Of a stretch of DNA of 64,000 bases, positions 1 through 11,471 are shown one piece after another (positions within the stretch are counted from its first letter, which is position 1; each line of letters begins with the position of its first letter). The stretch comes from Amoebophrya sp. A120. Its lineage: Eukaryota; Protista; Dinoflagellata. The DNA is taken from the NCBI GenBank assembly GCA_905178155.1, contig CAJINV010000004.1, positions 1,302,881-1,366,880 on the forward strand, written 5' to 3'. Made by a program: the position numbers and the translations under genes. The notes beneath the pieces were generated by a model. The model saw nothing but the letters and a program-made list of their open reading frames with translations. It was not told where the DNA came from and did no database searches.

Positions 1-560
1 TCGTGGTCTAGGCCGGCTGCGATTTCACGTTGGACAAACCTATTTAGCAAAGTTCTCCGGTCCACTTTGACCTCGATGATTTTCCCCTCTGGGAAAAACG
101 TCTGGAAAAGATCAACCGTCCAGTTCCGCCAGATGTGGTAGGAAAAGATGACCTTTTTTGACGACTCTGGCATACTTTCTTGAATTATTTGCTCTTTCAG
201 CTTCGAAAACACCGCACGGAAGAAGGGCTCCATAACCGCGCGAACTTCCTCGTCGTGTCTTTTAACTTCTGCGATTATACGCGCATCCTTTTCGTCATTG
301 TCTCCCTCTCCAGGAGCAAACGTTCCCCGCATCTTCGAAATCACTTTGCCGCTCGCTGCTTTCATCCATGAGTTTAGCTCAGGATCGCTGTCGACGAACT
401 CGTCGCCGTCGATAAACTGCCAGTTGCTGCTGCTGTACTTCTCCGCGATGTAGCGGCCTAGAGACGTTTTGCCCGCGGCGTTTTCCCCGGTAAGGTAGAC
501 TATCTCGAGATCTTGCCGCGGCTCCTCATGTGCATGAAGATTCATCTGGGTGTCTTCCAT
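1..560 (-). CDS. P-loop small-molecule kinase (gluconate/shikimate kinase-like); 3' end runs off the window
   Basis: Hand translation from ATG at 560: MEDTQ...IVYLTGENAAGKTSLGRYIAEK...WQFIDGDEF. Walker A (GxxxxGKT) followed by a DGDxF motif. Frame open to position 1; not in the ORF track. Confidence 0.75.
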   Translation of the reverse strand, partial: MEDTQMNLHAHEEPRQDLEIVYLTGENAAGKTSLGRYIAEKYSSSNWQFIDGDEFVDSDPELNSWMKAASGKVISKMRGTFAPGEGDNDEKDARIIAEVKRHDEEVRAVMEPFFRAVFSKLKEQIIQESMPESSKKVIFSYHIWRNWTVDLFQTFFPEGKIIEVKVDRRTLLNRFVQREIAAGLDH

Positions 561-1029
561 ATTATCGGTTGTAGTGTCGGATAGTGGGCGGAGGGATTTG
601 GCGCTCAGGCCATCTGTTTGGAGCAGTGACTCTGGTGCTGGCGGGGTAGACATTTTGGCACCAGGTATGGTAGGTGGGACATGGAAGAAAAGCGTAGCTG
701 CGAAAATGTGGTAAGGTGCGAAACCTCCAGCTGAGGGAAGTTGGAATCGGCAAACAACTGTCTGGATCATTACTTCGTGTCATGTACTAGCCAGAATGAT
801 GCGCGATTGCGCTGCTATAACCATGTGCGAGCTAGTGCACCACTCTCACTGATCGAATACTAATTTCCAAGGTTCCTTCTTGTTAACTCTGAAAACCACT
901 TGCATTTCATTTGATTCGACCACGCACAACGTGCCCAACATGGAATTCTGGAGTAATTTGTAAACACAGAACAACCACGAAAGCAAGGATACTTGCCTCA
1001 ACTTAGTGCCACATGTGCTCTAACTTCCA

Positions 1030-2515
1030 CGCCCCTCGCGCTCGCAGTCTTCGCCGGTAGTACAAGAAAACGGGAAGAAGCTGCAAACGGTGCCAGGCAC
1101 ACGTCAGGCACGAGGGCAATCCGCCTGGTTGCTCCGCCCTGGGGCAATCTATCTCGCAGCGGAGCCGGCAACACCAACAAGCGCCGGCCAACGCGCCAGT
1201 GTGCGGCCGCAGCCTGGCGCGCCTGCTCGGGCTGCGGTCGGGGTGTGGCTTCTGCGCGCAGGGGCACCCTCCTGCCCCGCGGGGCAGACTCACAACTGAA
1301 GCCACGCGCGCGCAGCGGGCGCGGCCGCCCCTTGAGCCTGTTGAGTCTCCGACCGAACCGCCCGCGCGAGACCGGCCTGCCCTCCGCCCAAGGAGCGGCG
1401 GCGGCGATGGCGGCGGCGCCGGCCTTCCGCGGCGCTACCTGCTTGGCTGCGTGGGAGAATCATCCGCCTCGGTCTGCTGGCTCGCCGGGGGGCAGCTACG
1501 TAATTTTGGTAGGCAGTTCTGAGGGAGCTGGCCCCGCTCGGCAGTGGCGGCCTACCTTGAAGGGCCTTCGGCGTGCCTGCCCGCCTGGGACGAAAGTCCG
1601 GGGCGGGCCGGCCATACTAGCCCCCGGGCTTCGGCGCGGCACTGTGCCGCAGAACCGCTTGCGGAGCCAAGTCCGCAAGGGCTGCGCCGTGTCCAACAGG
1701 TGCTGTCTGCGGTCGCGTTCCGGCTTGCGTCGAACAGGGGCCCACTCCGCAGCGCCTTTGCTGCGCGCCCCGGGCCCTCCACGACCAACGCCGCTCGAAG
1801 CTTCGGCACCAGGGCCCGGACCACCTCCGTGGCCCCAAGGCCCTGCCTCCGGCCGCGTCCCCTCGATGTACGAGAGCGCGCGGCCCAAGCAGCCCCAAGG
1901 GAATGAAGCAGGCCCCGGCCGGCGCCGTTATCGCACGCGACGCGCCCCGGGTGCCCCCAAGAACTTTCCAGCGGGGAGCACGCGGGAAGCGTACGGGCAG
2001 CGGAACCGCGGGCCGCCGGGGTCCGCGTTTTGCATACCGGCGGAGGCGCCCCCGTAGGCCCGTCGCCGCTGCCCGCTGGGGGTCGGTCCGGGGCGGGCTC
2101 GGCGGGGCCTATTGGGGGCCGGATTTCTCGGGCGGCCTGCCTCGCCAATCCAGTTGCCACCCCCCTGCTGTTGCCGATTGCCCATCCCTCCGTCCCGCCT
2201 TTAATTGCGGCCGAAACAAAGCCCGCGCATTCGGGGGCCCGGAAGGGTCCGGAGGCCTTTACCCGGGCCCGGGCTTGGTGGGTTTCGGCCCCTCTCAGGG
2301 CCGCGCCACCTGCGCAGGCGCCGAGACTTTTGCGGCTGCGGCCTGGTCGCGCTCTCGCCCTTCTTCCGCGCCGGCCGCCCTGTGTGGCCTCCGCTGCGGG
2401 CCTCCTTCGGGCCCGCGCACAAAAACGCCCCGCCCGCCGCCAGCGGTGGCGGCCCCGGCGCCGGCCGCGCCGGCGCGGGCATTGCTTGCGCAGCCGCAGC
2501 CCGTCGGGCAACTTT
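1030..2515. other. Very GC-rich island, probably a decayed transposable element
   Basis: Abrupt compositional shift; all six frames give Arg/Gly/Pro/Ala-rich shadow ORFs. Boundaries approximate. Confidence 0.45.
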
Positions 2516-2819
2516 CTCCCGTAACTGAAAAAATATCTGCCGCGAGCGGGCTCTTAGTCGGCATATCGACGTCGCCCACGATACTCACTCTCCGCAAGCG
2601 CATGCTAGTATCTGCGCACGAGCTAACCAGAGACAATCGAACACAGCAAAGCTGCAGACCGAGTTGCTGTCTTACGCAATCGGTATCTATTAACTCCAAA
2701 GGGGTTGTAAGTTTTACTTCCACGGCGGCGAGTCGCAAGTGTTCATCTGCTCAGTTGCCTTATGGAACCAGAATCAAAACGCTGCGCCTAGGCTTCATTC
2801 AGGCGTGCAACTTCATCAA

Positions 2820-5800
2820 TCAATCTTCCAGATCTAAACTCCCTGAAAAGACCCTCCTGCGCTTCGCGCCTAAACTTGGGTGCCAATTCCCTTCGGAAAA
2901 GTCTTGTGCTCGCACAACTTCTCTTTCTCCGTTCGCATTGATCCGGGCCACAAACTCTGGGGGCGGCTGCTTTGGCTTCGAGTTCAAGGAAGTAGTCGGC
3001 CCAGCTTTCATCTGAGAATGGTTCCTGGCCTGTTCTCCGCGGTGTGTATTTTTCTCCGCATGCAGGCTCCTTTGCTGCGCAGCTAGCTGCGGCGCCACCA
3101 AGCCCGTCGCGAAATGAGCTTGCTGTCCGGCTGCGAAACCTATTGTCTTCGTCTTCTGTTTTGCCGGCAGGAAAATGCTCCCGTCATTGATCTTCTCGAC
3201 AAACCAAGCAGTGGAGCCCCGCGCATTCAAACTATCACTCAACTGCGCCTCTTCCCGCTTCGTTTGCTGCATCAGCTCGTGTTTCTTCGCCTCCGCTTCA
3301 CGTTTTTTTTTCCGTACATCCTCCCGTTTTTCATAGCTCTCCTGCACCACATCGAGACCCTTCTCTGGCGACACCTCACCCCCGAACAGCTCGAGCTCGT
3401 CCTCGTCTAGTCTACGGCGAGCTGTTTTTGTGTAGCTGCCGTTTTGATGACAGAGCGGGTGCTTTAAAGTCAGTGACGCACTAGCTTTTGTCTTGGTTTT
3501 GTTTTGAGGTCCCCCCAACAGCGACAGCAACGAGGAGCAGGGCGGTTTTCCCTTCTCGTTCTTGTTCTCCTGCCGTGTGGAATGATCACTGCTCGAGGAA
3601 ATCGCAGACGCACCGTGGGGCAGTTTTGCAGTAGAAGATCCAGTCGTCTCCTCTCCCACGGTGCTCTTCGTGGATTTCGGGTTTGCAAGAACCAAAGACG
3701 TCATCAGCAGACCTTGTTTGACTCTGCCATCAACTCGATTTGCAGCTGCCGCTGCAGTTCCTTCAGTACGCTTTTGAAGAACGCCCGGCAGTTCTTGCAC
3801 GACCTTCTTCGCGTTCGATTCCTTTTCCTTACCAGACGAAAAAAGCACCACATCCAAGAATCGCTTCACCAAGTGATCCTGTATCAAATGAGCGTCATCT
3901 GTTGCAAGACCTCGAGATCCTGCTGGACCACAGCCCATGGCGTCGCAAGAATCCACTTGTGGCACGGGTGTGTCTTGGCTGTCGGATCTCGATCTCCCAA
4001 CAGCACAACTCCTCGCCTGGGAAGTAGTAGTTGTAAACTCTTCGATGAACTTCAAGAGAGAAAATGACCGCACTTTCTTCATCTTCTCACAAAGCTCGGC
4101 CACGCGCTGGCGGTATTCCAACTGCGTCTGCTTCTGTAATTCACCGGCGTTCCTCTGCTGCGTCGCGGTAGAAGTGTTGCTGGCCGGCCGCAAAGAACCC
4201 TTCCCGGCTTTACCACTTTTGTCGTTCGTTGTACTAATTCGGAGCACGAGTAAATCGCGGTAGATCTGCTCCTCCAAAGCAGTTGCGATTGCTGAGAGAT
4301 CCATAGTGCCGCTTTTCGTTGCACTCGTGGCGACTCTGTCGCTAGTCGTCGCCGTCGTACTTGAGGATGGTGTAGAAGCAGCCACCTTCTTCAGCTGCGC
4401 AAGAAGCTTTGTCCCGACCAGGAGCACGCGACTTCTTAGCTCGTCCTGGACTGGGCCACCCTCGGCGCCGCTAACTCCTTCCTCCCGCCCGGCAGCGCAA
4501 CTAGGTGCTGTCGGAGCTGGGTCTCGTGTATTTGACACGTCTTTCGGGACATGCAATCCTCCATCTTCTTCCGCAGCAGACGTCGCGTTTATCCAAATGC
4601 TCCGATCCACCATGAGCAGGTCTTTATCCACTACCGCACGCTCCCGGCTCTCGCTCTGTCCCGTTGCATGATGCTCCGCTTCGCAAGTTTCCTGCCGTGA
4701 GGAAAAAGTTTTCTCCTCACCGTTGCCGTTGTCATCTTCGCGTGCCGGTGCTCTCCCCGCGGCTTTGTTCAGCCACATCCACATCGAGACGAAGTCATCG
4801 GCTTCTCGCTTGTCTGCTGCACCAGCAGTTCGTTCGGTCTGCGAACTCGGGCCCACGTCGTCGGGACTGCCGTCGCAATCCTCGATTACATTTGCAAGAA
4901 ATTCGGGTTCTTGGGCAGCTTGTTTATTTTCCGCCGGCGGCGCAGCAACGTCTACACGCCCGGATCCGGCAAGCACAGTAGCGGCAGTGTCTGCTCCAGT
5001 GTCCACAGCGGGGTCAGACGCGGCTTTAACCTTTGCAGAACCGAGACGAGCCTCTTCCGCGCCAGCTCCGATTTTTGCTTCCCCTTGCGCAGAAGTAGGA
5101 AGCGAGGAAGTCATGGCGGCAACGTGTTGCAGAACGGTTTCCAAGGTTTCACAATACCAATCCGCAGCAGCAGCACGCGGCGCAGAGGTTGAAACTCCAG
5201 GAACGGCTTTTGCTCCACTACTGGGCGTCCGTCCTGTGGTGCGAACTTCTTCCGTTTCTCTACTGCCCCCCAAGTCGACGAGAAACTGAGACCAGATTGC
5301 GACGGGAAAATTGTCCCGCAACCGCTCCAGAATGGCCGCCACATCGTTCAGAAGGATGGTGTCCGTTGCAGGAGTAGACTGGTTCGACAAAGAAGTAGCG
5401 CTCTGCTCCAGCGGAACCAGATCCTCCTGCTCCACGAGAGTCCTACTTAAGTCCCGCAGCCCGTGCTGCAGCTCCTGAAACCGCTGCTGATACTCCTTCC
5501 ACAGACCTTCAAGCGTTTGCAGAACGGCCTTCTGTCCGATCTGCGACCGAAGGATTGAGGAAGCTGCATCATTTTGTCCAGGTCGGGTTTGACTTTTATT
5601 ACCGAACCCCCCAAGGGTACTACCCAGTGCAGTGCCACTGCTTCCGCAGCTGCCTGCGGTGAAGAGAGAAGCCTGCCTGGCCTGCTGCAAAAGATCGTAA
5701 TTCTGGATTTCCGTGTGGAACTCAGAGCGCTCGTATCTGGGAAAAAACCGGTGGCTGGTGCTCGCGGAAACGGGGTTCTCGGTGAACGCGGGTTGCTTCT

Positions 5801-5912
5801 GCGAGTGGAAGTTAGCGTGACTTCCGACTGGGTCCACCTTGGGTTGCACTTTACCGCCGTAGCTCGCGGGCGGAATGGCGCACTTGGCTGAAGAAGAAGA
5901 TGCAGTTGGCAT
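2820..5912 (-). CDS. Large low-complexity hypothetical protein, possibly with a TFIIS-central-like helical segment
   Basis: Uninterrupted ORF of about 1030 codons from ATG 5912 (MPTASSSS). The ORF-track start at 5990 lies inside the 734-bp repeat. IATALEEQIY...YRQRVAELCEKMK weakly resembles TFIIS-M. Confidence 0.7.
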   Translation of the reverse strand: MPTASSSSAKCAIPPASYGGKVQPKVDPVGSHANFHSQKQPAFTENPVSASTSHRFFPRYERSEFHTEIQNYDLLQQARQASLFTAGSCGSSGTALGSTLGGFGNKSQTRPGQNDAASSILRSQIGQKAVLQTLEGLWKEYQQRFQELQHGLRDLSRTLVEQEDLVPLEQSATSLSNQSTPATDTILLNDVAAILERLRDNFPVAIWSQFLVDLGGSRETEEVRTTGRTPSSGAKAVPGVSTSAPRAAAADWYCETLETVLQHVAAMTSSLPTSAQGEAKIGAGAEEARLGSAKVKAASDPAVDTGADTAATVLAGSGRVDVAAPPAENKQAAQEPEFLANVIEDCDGSPDDVGPSSQTERTAGAADKREADDFVSMWMWLNKAAGRAPAREDDNGNGEEKTFSSRQETCEAEHHATGQSESRERAVVDKDLLMVDRSIWINATSAAEEDGGLHVPKDVSNTRDPAPTAPSCAAGREEGVSGAEGGPVQDELRSRVLLVGTKLLAQLKKVAASTPSSSTTATTSDRVATSATKSGTMDLSAIATALEEQIYRDLLVLRISTTNDKSGKAGKGSLRPASNTSTATQQRNAGELQKQTQLEYRQRVAELCEKMKKVRSFSLLKFIEEFTTTTSQARSCAVGRSRSDSQDTPVPQVDSCDAMGCGPAGSRGLATDDAHLIQDHLVKRFLDVVLFSSGKEKESNAKKVVQELPGVLQKRTEGTAAAAANRVDGRVKQGLLMTSLVLANPKSTKSTVGEETTGSSTAKLPHGASAISSSSDHSTRQENKNEKGKPPCSSLLSLLGGPQNKTKTKASASLTLKHPLCHQNGSYTKTARRRLDEDELELFGGEVSPEKGLDVVQESYEKREDVRKKKREAEAKKHELMQQTKREEAQLSDSLNARGSTAWFVEKINDGSIFLPAKQKTKTIGFAAGQQAHFATGLVAPQLAAQQRSLHAEKNTHRGEQARNHSQMKAGPTTSLNSKPKQPPPEFVARINANGEREVVRAQDFSEGNWHPSLGAKRRRVFSGSLDLED

Positions 5913-5929
5913 GGTGTGAGTGTTGTATC

Positions 5930-6663
5930 TTACCAAATATAGCCGCCGGGGCGGGGGTAGTGAGGTCGTGGGCGTTTTTTTGCCGACCATAGCCTTGGCC
6001 GCGGCTTTGCTTTTTATGGGCTCGCCATACCACCGTGAGTAACGTTATGCCGCACGGTATGGCGGCCACTTGGGGAACGTCGCAAATTTTGGCACATTTC
6101 CAAAATTCCTTTCCGAAAGCCAGCCCCGATGCTATGGGGCCGATCCGGGTGCCACGGGGGGCGCCCAAAAAGCGAAGAAAAACCGGGCCCATAGCATGCG
6201 GATTGGCTTTGTGCATCTGGCGCACTTTTTTTTTTTCGCGTTTTTATTTTTCACGCCGGCGCTTTTTGCAAAGCTTCCCAGGCTCTAAAACCGCCGAAAG
6301 GGCGGCCGCTTTCGCGGCCGCCCAAAATGCTCCGAAATCGCCGCCGTGCCGTGCTGTTTCGCTGTTCTGATCTTGGGCGCGTTTTTTGCGCGCCCCTTTT
6401 TGGGCGCCCCAGACCGCCAGAAACTAAGGCGGTGGGCGCCTCAGAAGGGCGCCCCTTTTGCTGGCTTCTCTGCGTCGTTTTACCAAGCGGCGACCGATGG
6501 AATCCGCTGGCGATTCGGTGCCGACACAGCCAAAGCCGCTTGATAATTGAAATTTTTTTTTGTCAAAAAACGCTTCCGACCGCTTGAAAACTGCCGGTCG
6601 TTTTTCACGGTAGGTGTCAAGAAAACTCCCTGGTTAGAACCGTTCGGTGACCTCACTACATAT
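5930..6663. mobile_element. 734-bp non-autonomous element, copy 1 (Helentron/Helitron2-like architecture)
   Basis: Highly similar to 12771-13504. Asymmetric subterminal inverted repeat GTAGTGAGGTC/GACCTCACTAC, GC hairpin CCGCCGGGGCGG near the left end, no clear TSD. Confidence 0.75.
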
Positions 6664-7079
6664 CAATACGAAAAGCAAGACTTTTTCCGTGATATTTACA
6701 AAAGATCGACACAGAGTTCTCCGCACTATTCTACCCATGCACTGTGCCTATTCTGTCTGTAAGTCGTACTACGGCAACTTTCACCGTAGATTTTCATCGC
6801 AATGTGGAGATGAGAAGCCAGTTCTCCGTATGTAAGTCTTGTCGGGCGGCAAATCCAATTTCTTGTTCCTCACAGAACAGAGCGACCACAGCAACACGAA
6901 AAGCTTTGCTCTCATCAAGAACTCGTCTAAGCCCGCGACTTTGCAAATCCTCTCGCCGCAGCCCTTCTCCCCGAACATCACCAAATCGATCCAACGAAAG
7001 AAGTGGCCGCCCTCTTGTAGCGAGACGAAAATCCGTGAACCGGCAGCCCGAGAGAAACCATGCGCAGATTGCATATAAG

Positions 7080-8335
7080 TGAAGCGCGCGCGGCACATCT
7101 GCAAGGCCGCCTACGCGAGCGTCGCGAGCAACTGGCGGCGGCGCCAGGAATTGCCTCCGCGCGCGGCCGGCCCGCTTGCTTCCCGGCCCTGCGCCCGCGG
7201 CAGTTCGTCCCGCCCCAATTCACGGGGCGGGGGCCCACAACATAGACCGCGGGCGCGCCCCGCGATCTGGCTCCCCGGCCATACCAAATGGAGGGCCCAT
7301 GCCGAGCCCCGAGGGCCCGCAAGCTCCAAGCCTGCCCGGGGCGCCGCTCTCGGTGGGCCGAACTGGGGCCGGGAGGCGAAGGAGCCCGGGCGGCTTCACG
7401 CGCACCGCCGCCATGGTTTCTGGTCGCCCCTGCCGGCCCAAAAAAGCGCCCGGCGCGGGCCCAAAAAGGGCGCGGCAGCTAATGCGGGGCCGCGAAGCAA
7501 ACAAAGCGCCCCAAACAAGCGCACCAGGCGCGGCGGCAACAGCGAAAAGGGTGCGGGCCGTGGCTCCCTCCGCTTGCGGGCCTCCGGCACTCATGCCGGG
7601 CGTATTGTGGACGTTTTGGGCAGGCGGCTGCTGGCGCGCCCGCCTCAGCACTGCGCCCAGACGCGGCACGCCTTCGGCGGCATATACTGCCGGGACTGGC
7701 GCGGGCGCATGAAATGAATCGCGCGAGATGGCGGCGCAGGCCTCTCGCGCTTTGCACGCGGGCCGGCGGCCGCCGGGGAACGGCCGCGCTGGACCTTCGG
7801 CCCCCTTGTCATGGGTGGGCCCCGTTTGGTTTTGGGGCACGCGACGCGCGCGGGCGGGCCAGCTTCGCTGGCACGCTTTCAAGGCCCTGCGCCGGGCGCC
7901 GCGCTCCCGGCCCGTCCGCGCCGCCCGCCTGGCCCAGGGGAGCCAATTTCCGCGGCGGCCGCCGCGCGCCGCCACGCTTCCCAGAGCTGGGCCAACAGCC
8001 GAGAGCAAACAACACCAGCCCAGCAATCAGCGCACGCCCAGGGGTACTTCAGCGCCTATGGCTGTGTAGCCCCCGCCATATAGCCCCCGGGCCCCGCCGC
8101 TAGCCAGGCCGGCAGGGGGGAGTTTCCCGCCAGCTGCAACGAGGCACGCTTTTACCCGGCGCGAAACATCTGCTGCGTGTAGCGGCTGTAGGCGCGAAAC
8201 TCATATGCAGCCTGTCCCTCCCACTGAAAACCCTCGCCAAATCTCTGGCCCGTCGACCAATTGCTCGAGCAGGCCGGCTGCTCGAACTGGTCCGCCGGTC
8301 CGGCTACCAGAGACATTTCAAAAAGCCGCGCCATG
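7080..8335. other. Second very GC-rich island, probably a decayed transposable element
   Basis: Same compositional anomaly as 1030-2515; no recognisable protein. Boundaries approximate. Confidence 0.4.
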
Positions 8336-8719
8336 ATGGTCTATCTCTCTCATCACCTCCATTGCATCATAGCGTCTAAGTAGTGTGAAGCGAATTATAT
8401 ATAGCAAATTGAAGCTGAACACCAAGATGTCAACATAATCACACGGTGCGGTCCGGTCCGGAATTTTCCAAGTAGCCGGCCCTGTGCATGATCCTGACTA
8501 AAATTCTCAACTCTTCTTTCTGCGCAGCAAAGCATTCAAAGACTAAAAATGTACAACAATCTATTCCAATCCACAAAACCTCCAACCCCCTACTTCCAAG
8601 ATGATCGAAATCTTGTCGATTTTCGATCATTTTACAATGTAATTTATGGCATGATCCAAAACAACTTCTTCTCGACCCGCAGTAGAAAGACCCTGCCTCC
8701 TCCTCCACTACGATCTATC

Positions 8720-10462
8720 TCAGTTGTAGCTTCTCTCCTCCACGGACTGCTCCCCCTTGTCCCCGATCTTCCAAATCCTGCACGTGTTGTCCTTACTACC
8801 GGTAATAATTGTATCGCCGTCGTAGTTGAATGCGCAAGAGAAAATCTCGTCGGTGTGGCCCTCGAGAATCTGCAGGCACTCGCCACTTTCGATGGACCAA
8901 ACGCGACAGGTCCGGTCGCTCGCAGCGGTGATCGCCTTCGCACCGGAGGGAGAGAATTGAACCTACAATGGGATTGTTGAGAACTTGCATATCTGTATTC
9001 GTAGACGGAGTTGCATTTTCACGTTTTGCATGCAGACAAGAAACACAAAACTCGAACAAATTTGTTTTTCCTATACCTTTGATATTTCTCCCTCGTGTCC
9101 GATTAGGATTGAGATGCAAGTCCCCGTCATGACGTTATAAATCCGGGCCGTTGCGTCAGCTGAAGCGGAGGCTAATCGGTTTCCTGTCATGTTGAAGCAG
9201 ACGTCAAGCACCTCGTCGGAGTGGCCCTTCAGCGTCTCGATGCACTCGCCAGAATGGGTGTCCCAAAGCTTGCACGACCGGTCAATGGAGCCCGTCACGC
9301 AGTAGTCACCTTAGAGGAACATTGATGCTTTTTAGCTTTGTATAATGAATTACAGCTTTTTTTTCCATTTCAAAACGCATGATACCAATAAATTCGAAGT
9401 CTGTACAAACAGCGTACTAAAAGTATTCTCACCTGTAAAGTCGAACTGCGTGGACGATATTTCCCCGAGGTGTCCTGCCAAGGTGTGGATGCATTGCCCC
9501 GTGGCGGAGTCCCATATCTTCGCCGTGTTGTCGAAACTGCCGGTGAGGAGTCGGTCCCCGTCGGTGTTGAAGTTTAAGCTCACAATCTCCGCGGAGTGGC
9601 CTTCCAAACTGCTCACCAAGACACCCGTTTCTACGTCCCAGAGTTTTGCCGTGTTGTCCATGGAGCCCGTCGCAACGAGGGTGCCCTGCGGGTTGAACAC
9701 CACACAGACAATCTCCGTCTGGTGACCTAGAACGGATTTAATATTGGAGGTGCTCGTGCTCGATAAACAAAAACTTCTACTGGTCTTTAAGAACAGCATA
9801 ACAGTTTATTTCACTATCTACGATCTTAGATATGTACTAAATCGAACGCATCACCCTGGATCTGACCTCCACCGACGAAAAACAAAGTAGACTTCTACAC
9901 ATAAAATCGAAAACTGCTATCAAAAAATACCTTTTAGCGTATGCAGCAATTTCCCGCTCCCGGCGTCCCAGATTTTTGCTGATTTGTCAAAGGACCCGGT
10001 GACTACTTTATCCCCGAAGGGGTTGTTAAATGCGATGGCGTAGACCACGTTTTTGTGTCCGTCCAAAACACACTGCTCGCTCCCGGTGGCCGTGTCCCAT
10101 ATTCTGCAGGTTCGGTCGTAGCTGCCTGTGATAAATTTCGACCCGGATTTGTTGAACGCGCAGTTGGTCAGCGGGAGGATGTGTGCTCGGAGCACTTTGT
10201 ACAAACTAAACCGGCTGTCGCCTTCCTTGTCCTGCTGCAGTTTTTCTATCAGTTTCAGAATCAACTTCTTCAGCAACCCCCGCTTCGACTCGGTAATGAG
10301 CGGCTCTTCGCTGATAATCTGAGAAATCAGTACATCGACGTCCGTTTCGGGAGTGAGGTTCAGCAAGTCAATCGATTTCGTTTCCACTTCCCCGCTTTTC
10401 CTCACGAATTCTAACACCACACCGGAGGGGTAGTAGCGGAGCAGGAACCGCTTTAGCTTCAT
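8720..10462 (-). CDS. DAW1: Dynein assembly factor with WD repeats (ODA16/WDR69)
   Basis: [14 protein letters not shown]...KSIDLLNL and [17 protein letters not shown], then WD40 repeats. Exons 10462-9931, 9726-9433, 9309-9077, 8962-8720, joined in frame by GT-AG introns. Confidence 0.95.
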
Positions 10463-11471
10463 TTGCAGGTCTTCTTGAATTGATTCTTGTTCCGCGGCGA
10501 GGGTTTGTTGCGTTTTTACGTTATTTCTGTAGGTACTTCTGTTGCTGCAGGTAGGAGGACGACGGGTGCGCGTCAAAACATGGAGCCAAGGCACTTCTGA
10601 GGATGCAGCTGCAGGTACGGTTTCGTGTTCGCCACGTCGGGCAAATTAGTACGACAACGTCGGCCTTGTTCCGTCGTTGTGCAGAAATTTTTGCACTTTT
10701 CCAGCGAAATCACCGAAGACCACGGGAGACGTTGGAAAATCAAAATAGTATTGCGTCTATTCTTTCAATAAAAACTTACCTGCAAAACATCCTCTGAAAG
10801 ACTACATGAGAAATAAAGAAGCCCTCGTCAAAATTGTGAATACAATGGAAAGACCGCGCAGCTTCCCGGCGGGCGCTGCTGTTGTAAAATAGGAGGCTGC
10901 TTACTACTGTGTGCAATTTGCTTCTGTCTGTCAGCCCGCACGCTCTTCTGCTCCCCACATGTAGTACTTTCACTTTCTACAACTCCTCTGAAACAAAATA
11001 AGACCCACTCGCCGCTCGGTAACCCGCTCTCAGTGACGAAAATCATGTACAACACAAACAATCATATACGGAAAGCGATTAAACGGAGAAAACGACAACG
11101 CACACGCAGTGCTCACGAAACAATCAAAGCACAATGGATACGGACAGCTCTGGAATAATGCTGATAATCACGAGAATTGATTCTACTTCGTAGCATAATG
11201 TACGCAAGACCAAAAACGAAAGCCTGTGAGTTTTGCAGACCCATCAGCCATAGAGGCATTTTATTTGCAAAATCAATGAAGCCGCATAACTTTCACTGCG
11301 AAACAAAAAAGTCAGCAAGAGCAAAGAGCCTTTGCTTGTATTTGCTATTCTAATCTACTGTACGTTTAGAGTGGTAGTGACATCACAGCTCACACAACAA
11401 CTATCGTATCCGTATAATCGTTGCAAGTGCTACAACTACGGCACCCTGGAAAATAAACAATCGATTCCCTT

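Noticed and set aside
993-3015. Long plus- and minus-strand ORFs (354, 370, 319 aa) in the first GC island
   Set aside because: Expected from stop-codon scarcity at extreme GC; R/G/P/A-rich in all frames with no coherent domain.
5913-5990. ORF-track N-termini starting inside the 734-bp repeat (also 12771-13009)
   Set aside because: Derived from the repeat and in different frames in the two copies; not host coding sequence.
8076-8092. CCATATAGCCCCCGGGC, similar to 1611-1630 and to the end of the 734-bp element
   Set aside because: Short match in GC-rich sequence with unrelated flanks; likely chance.
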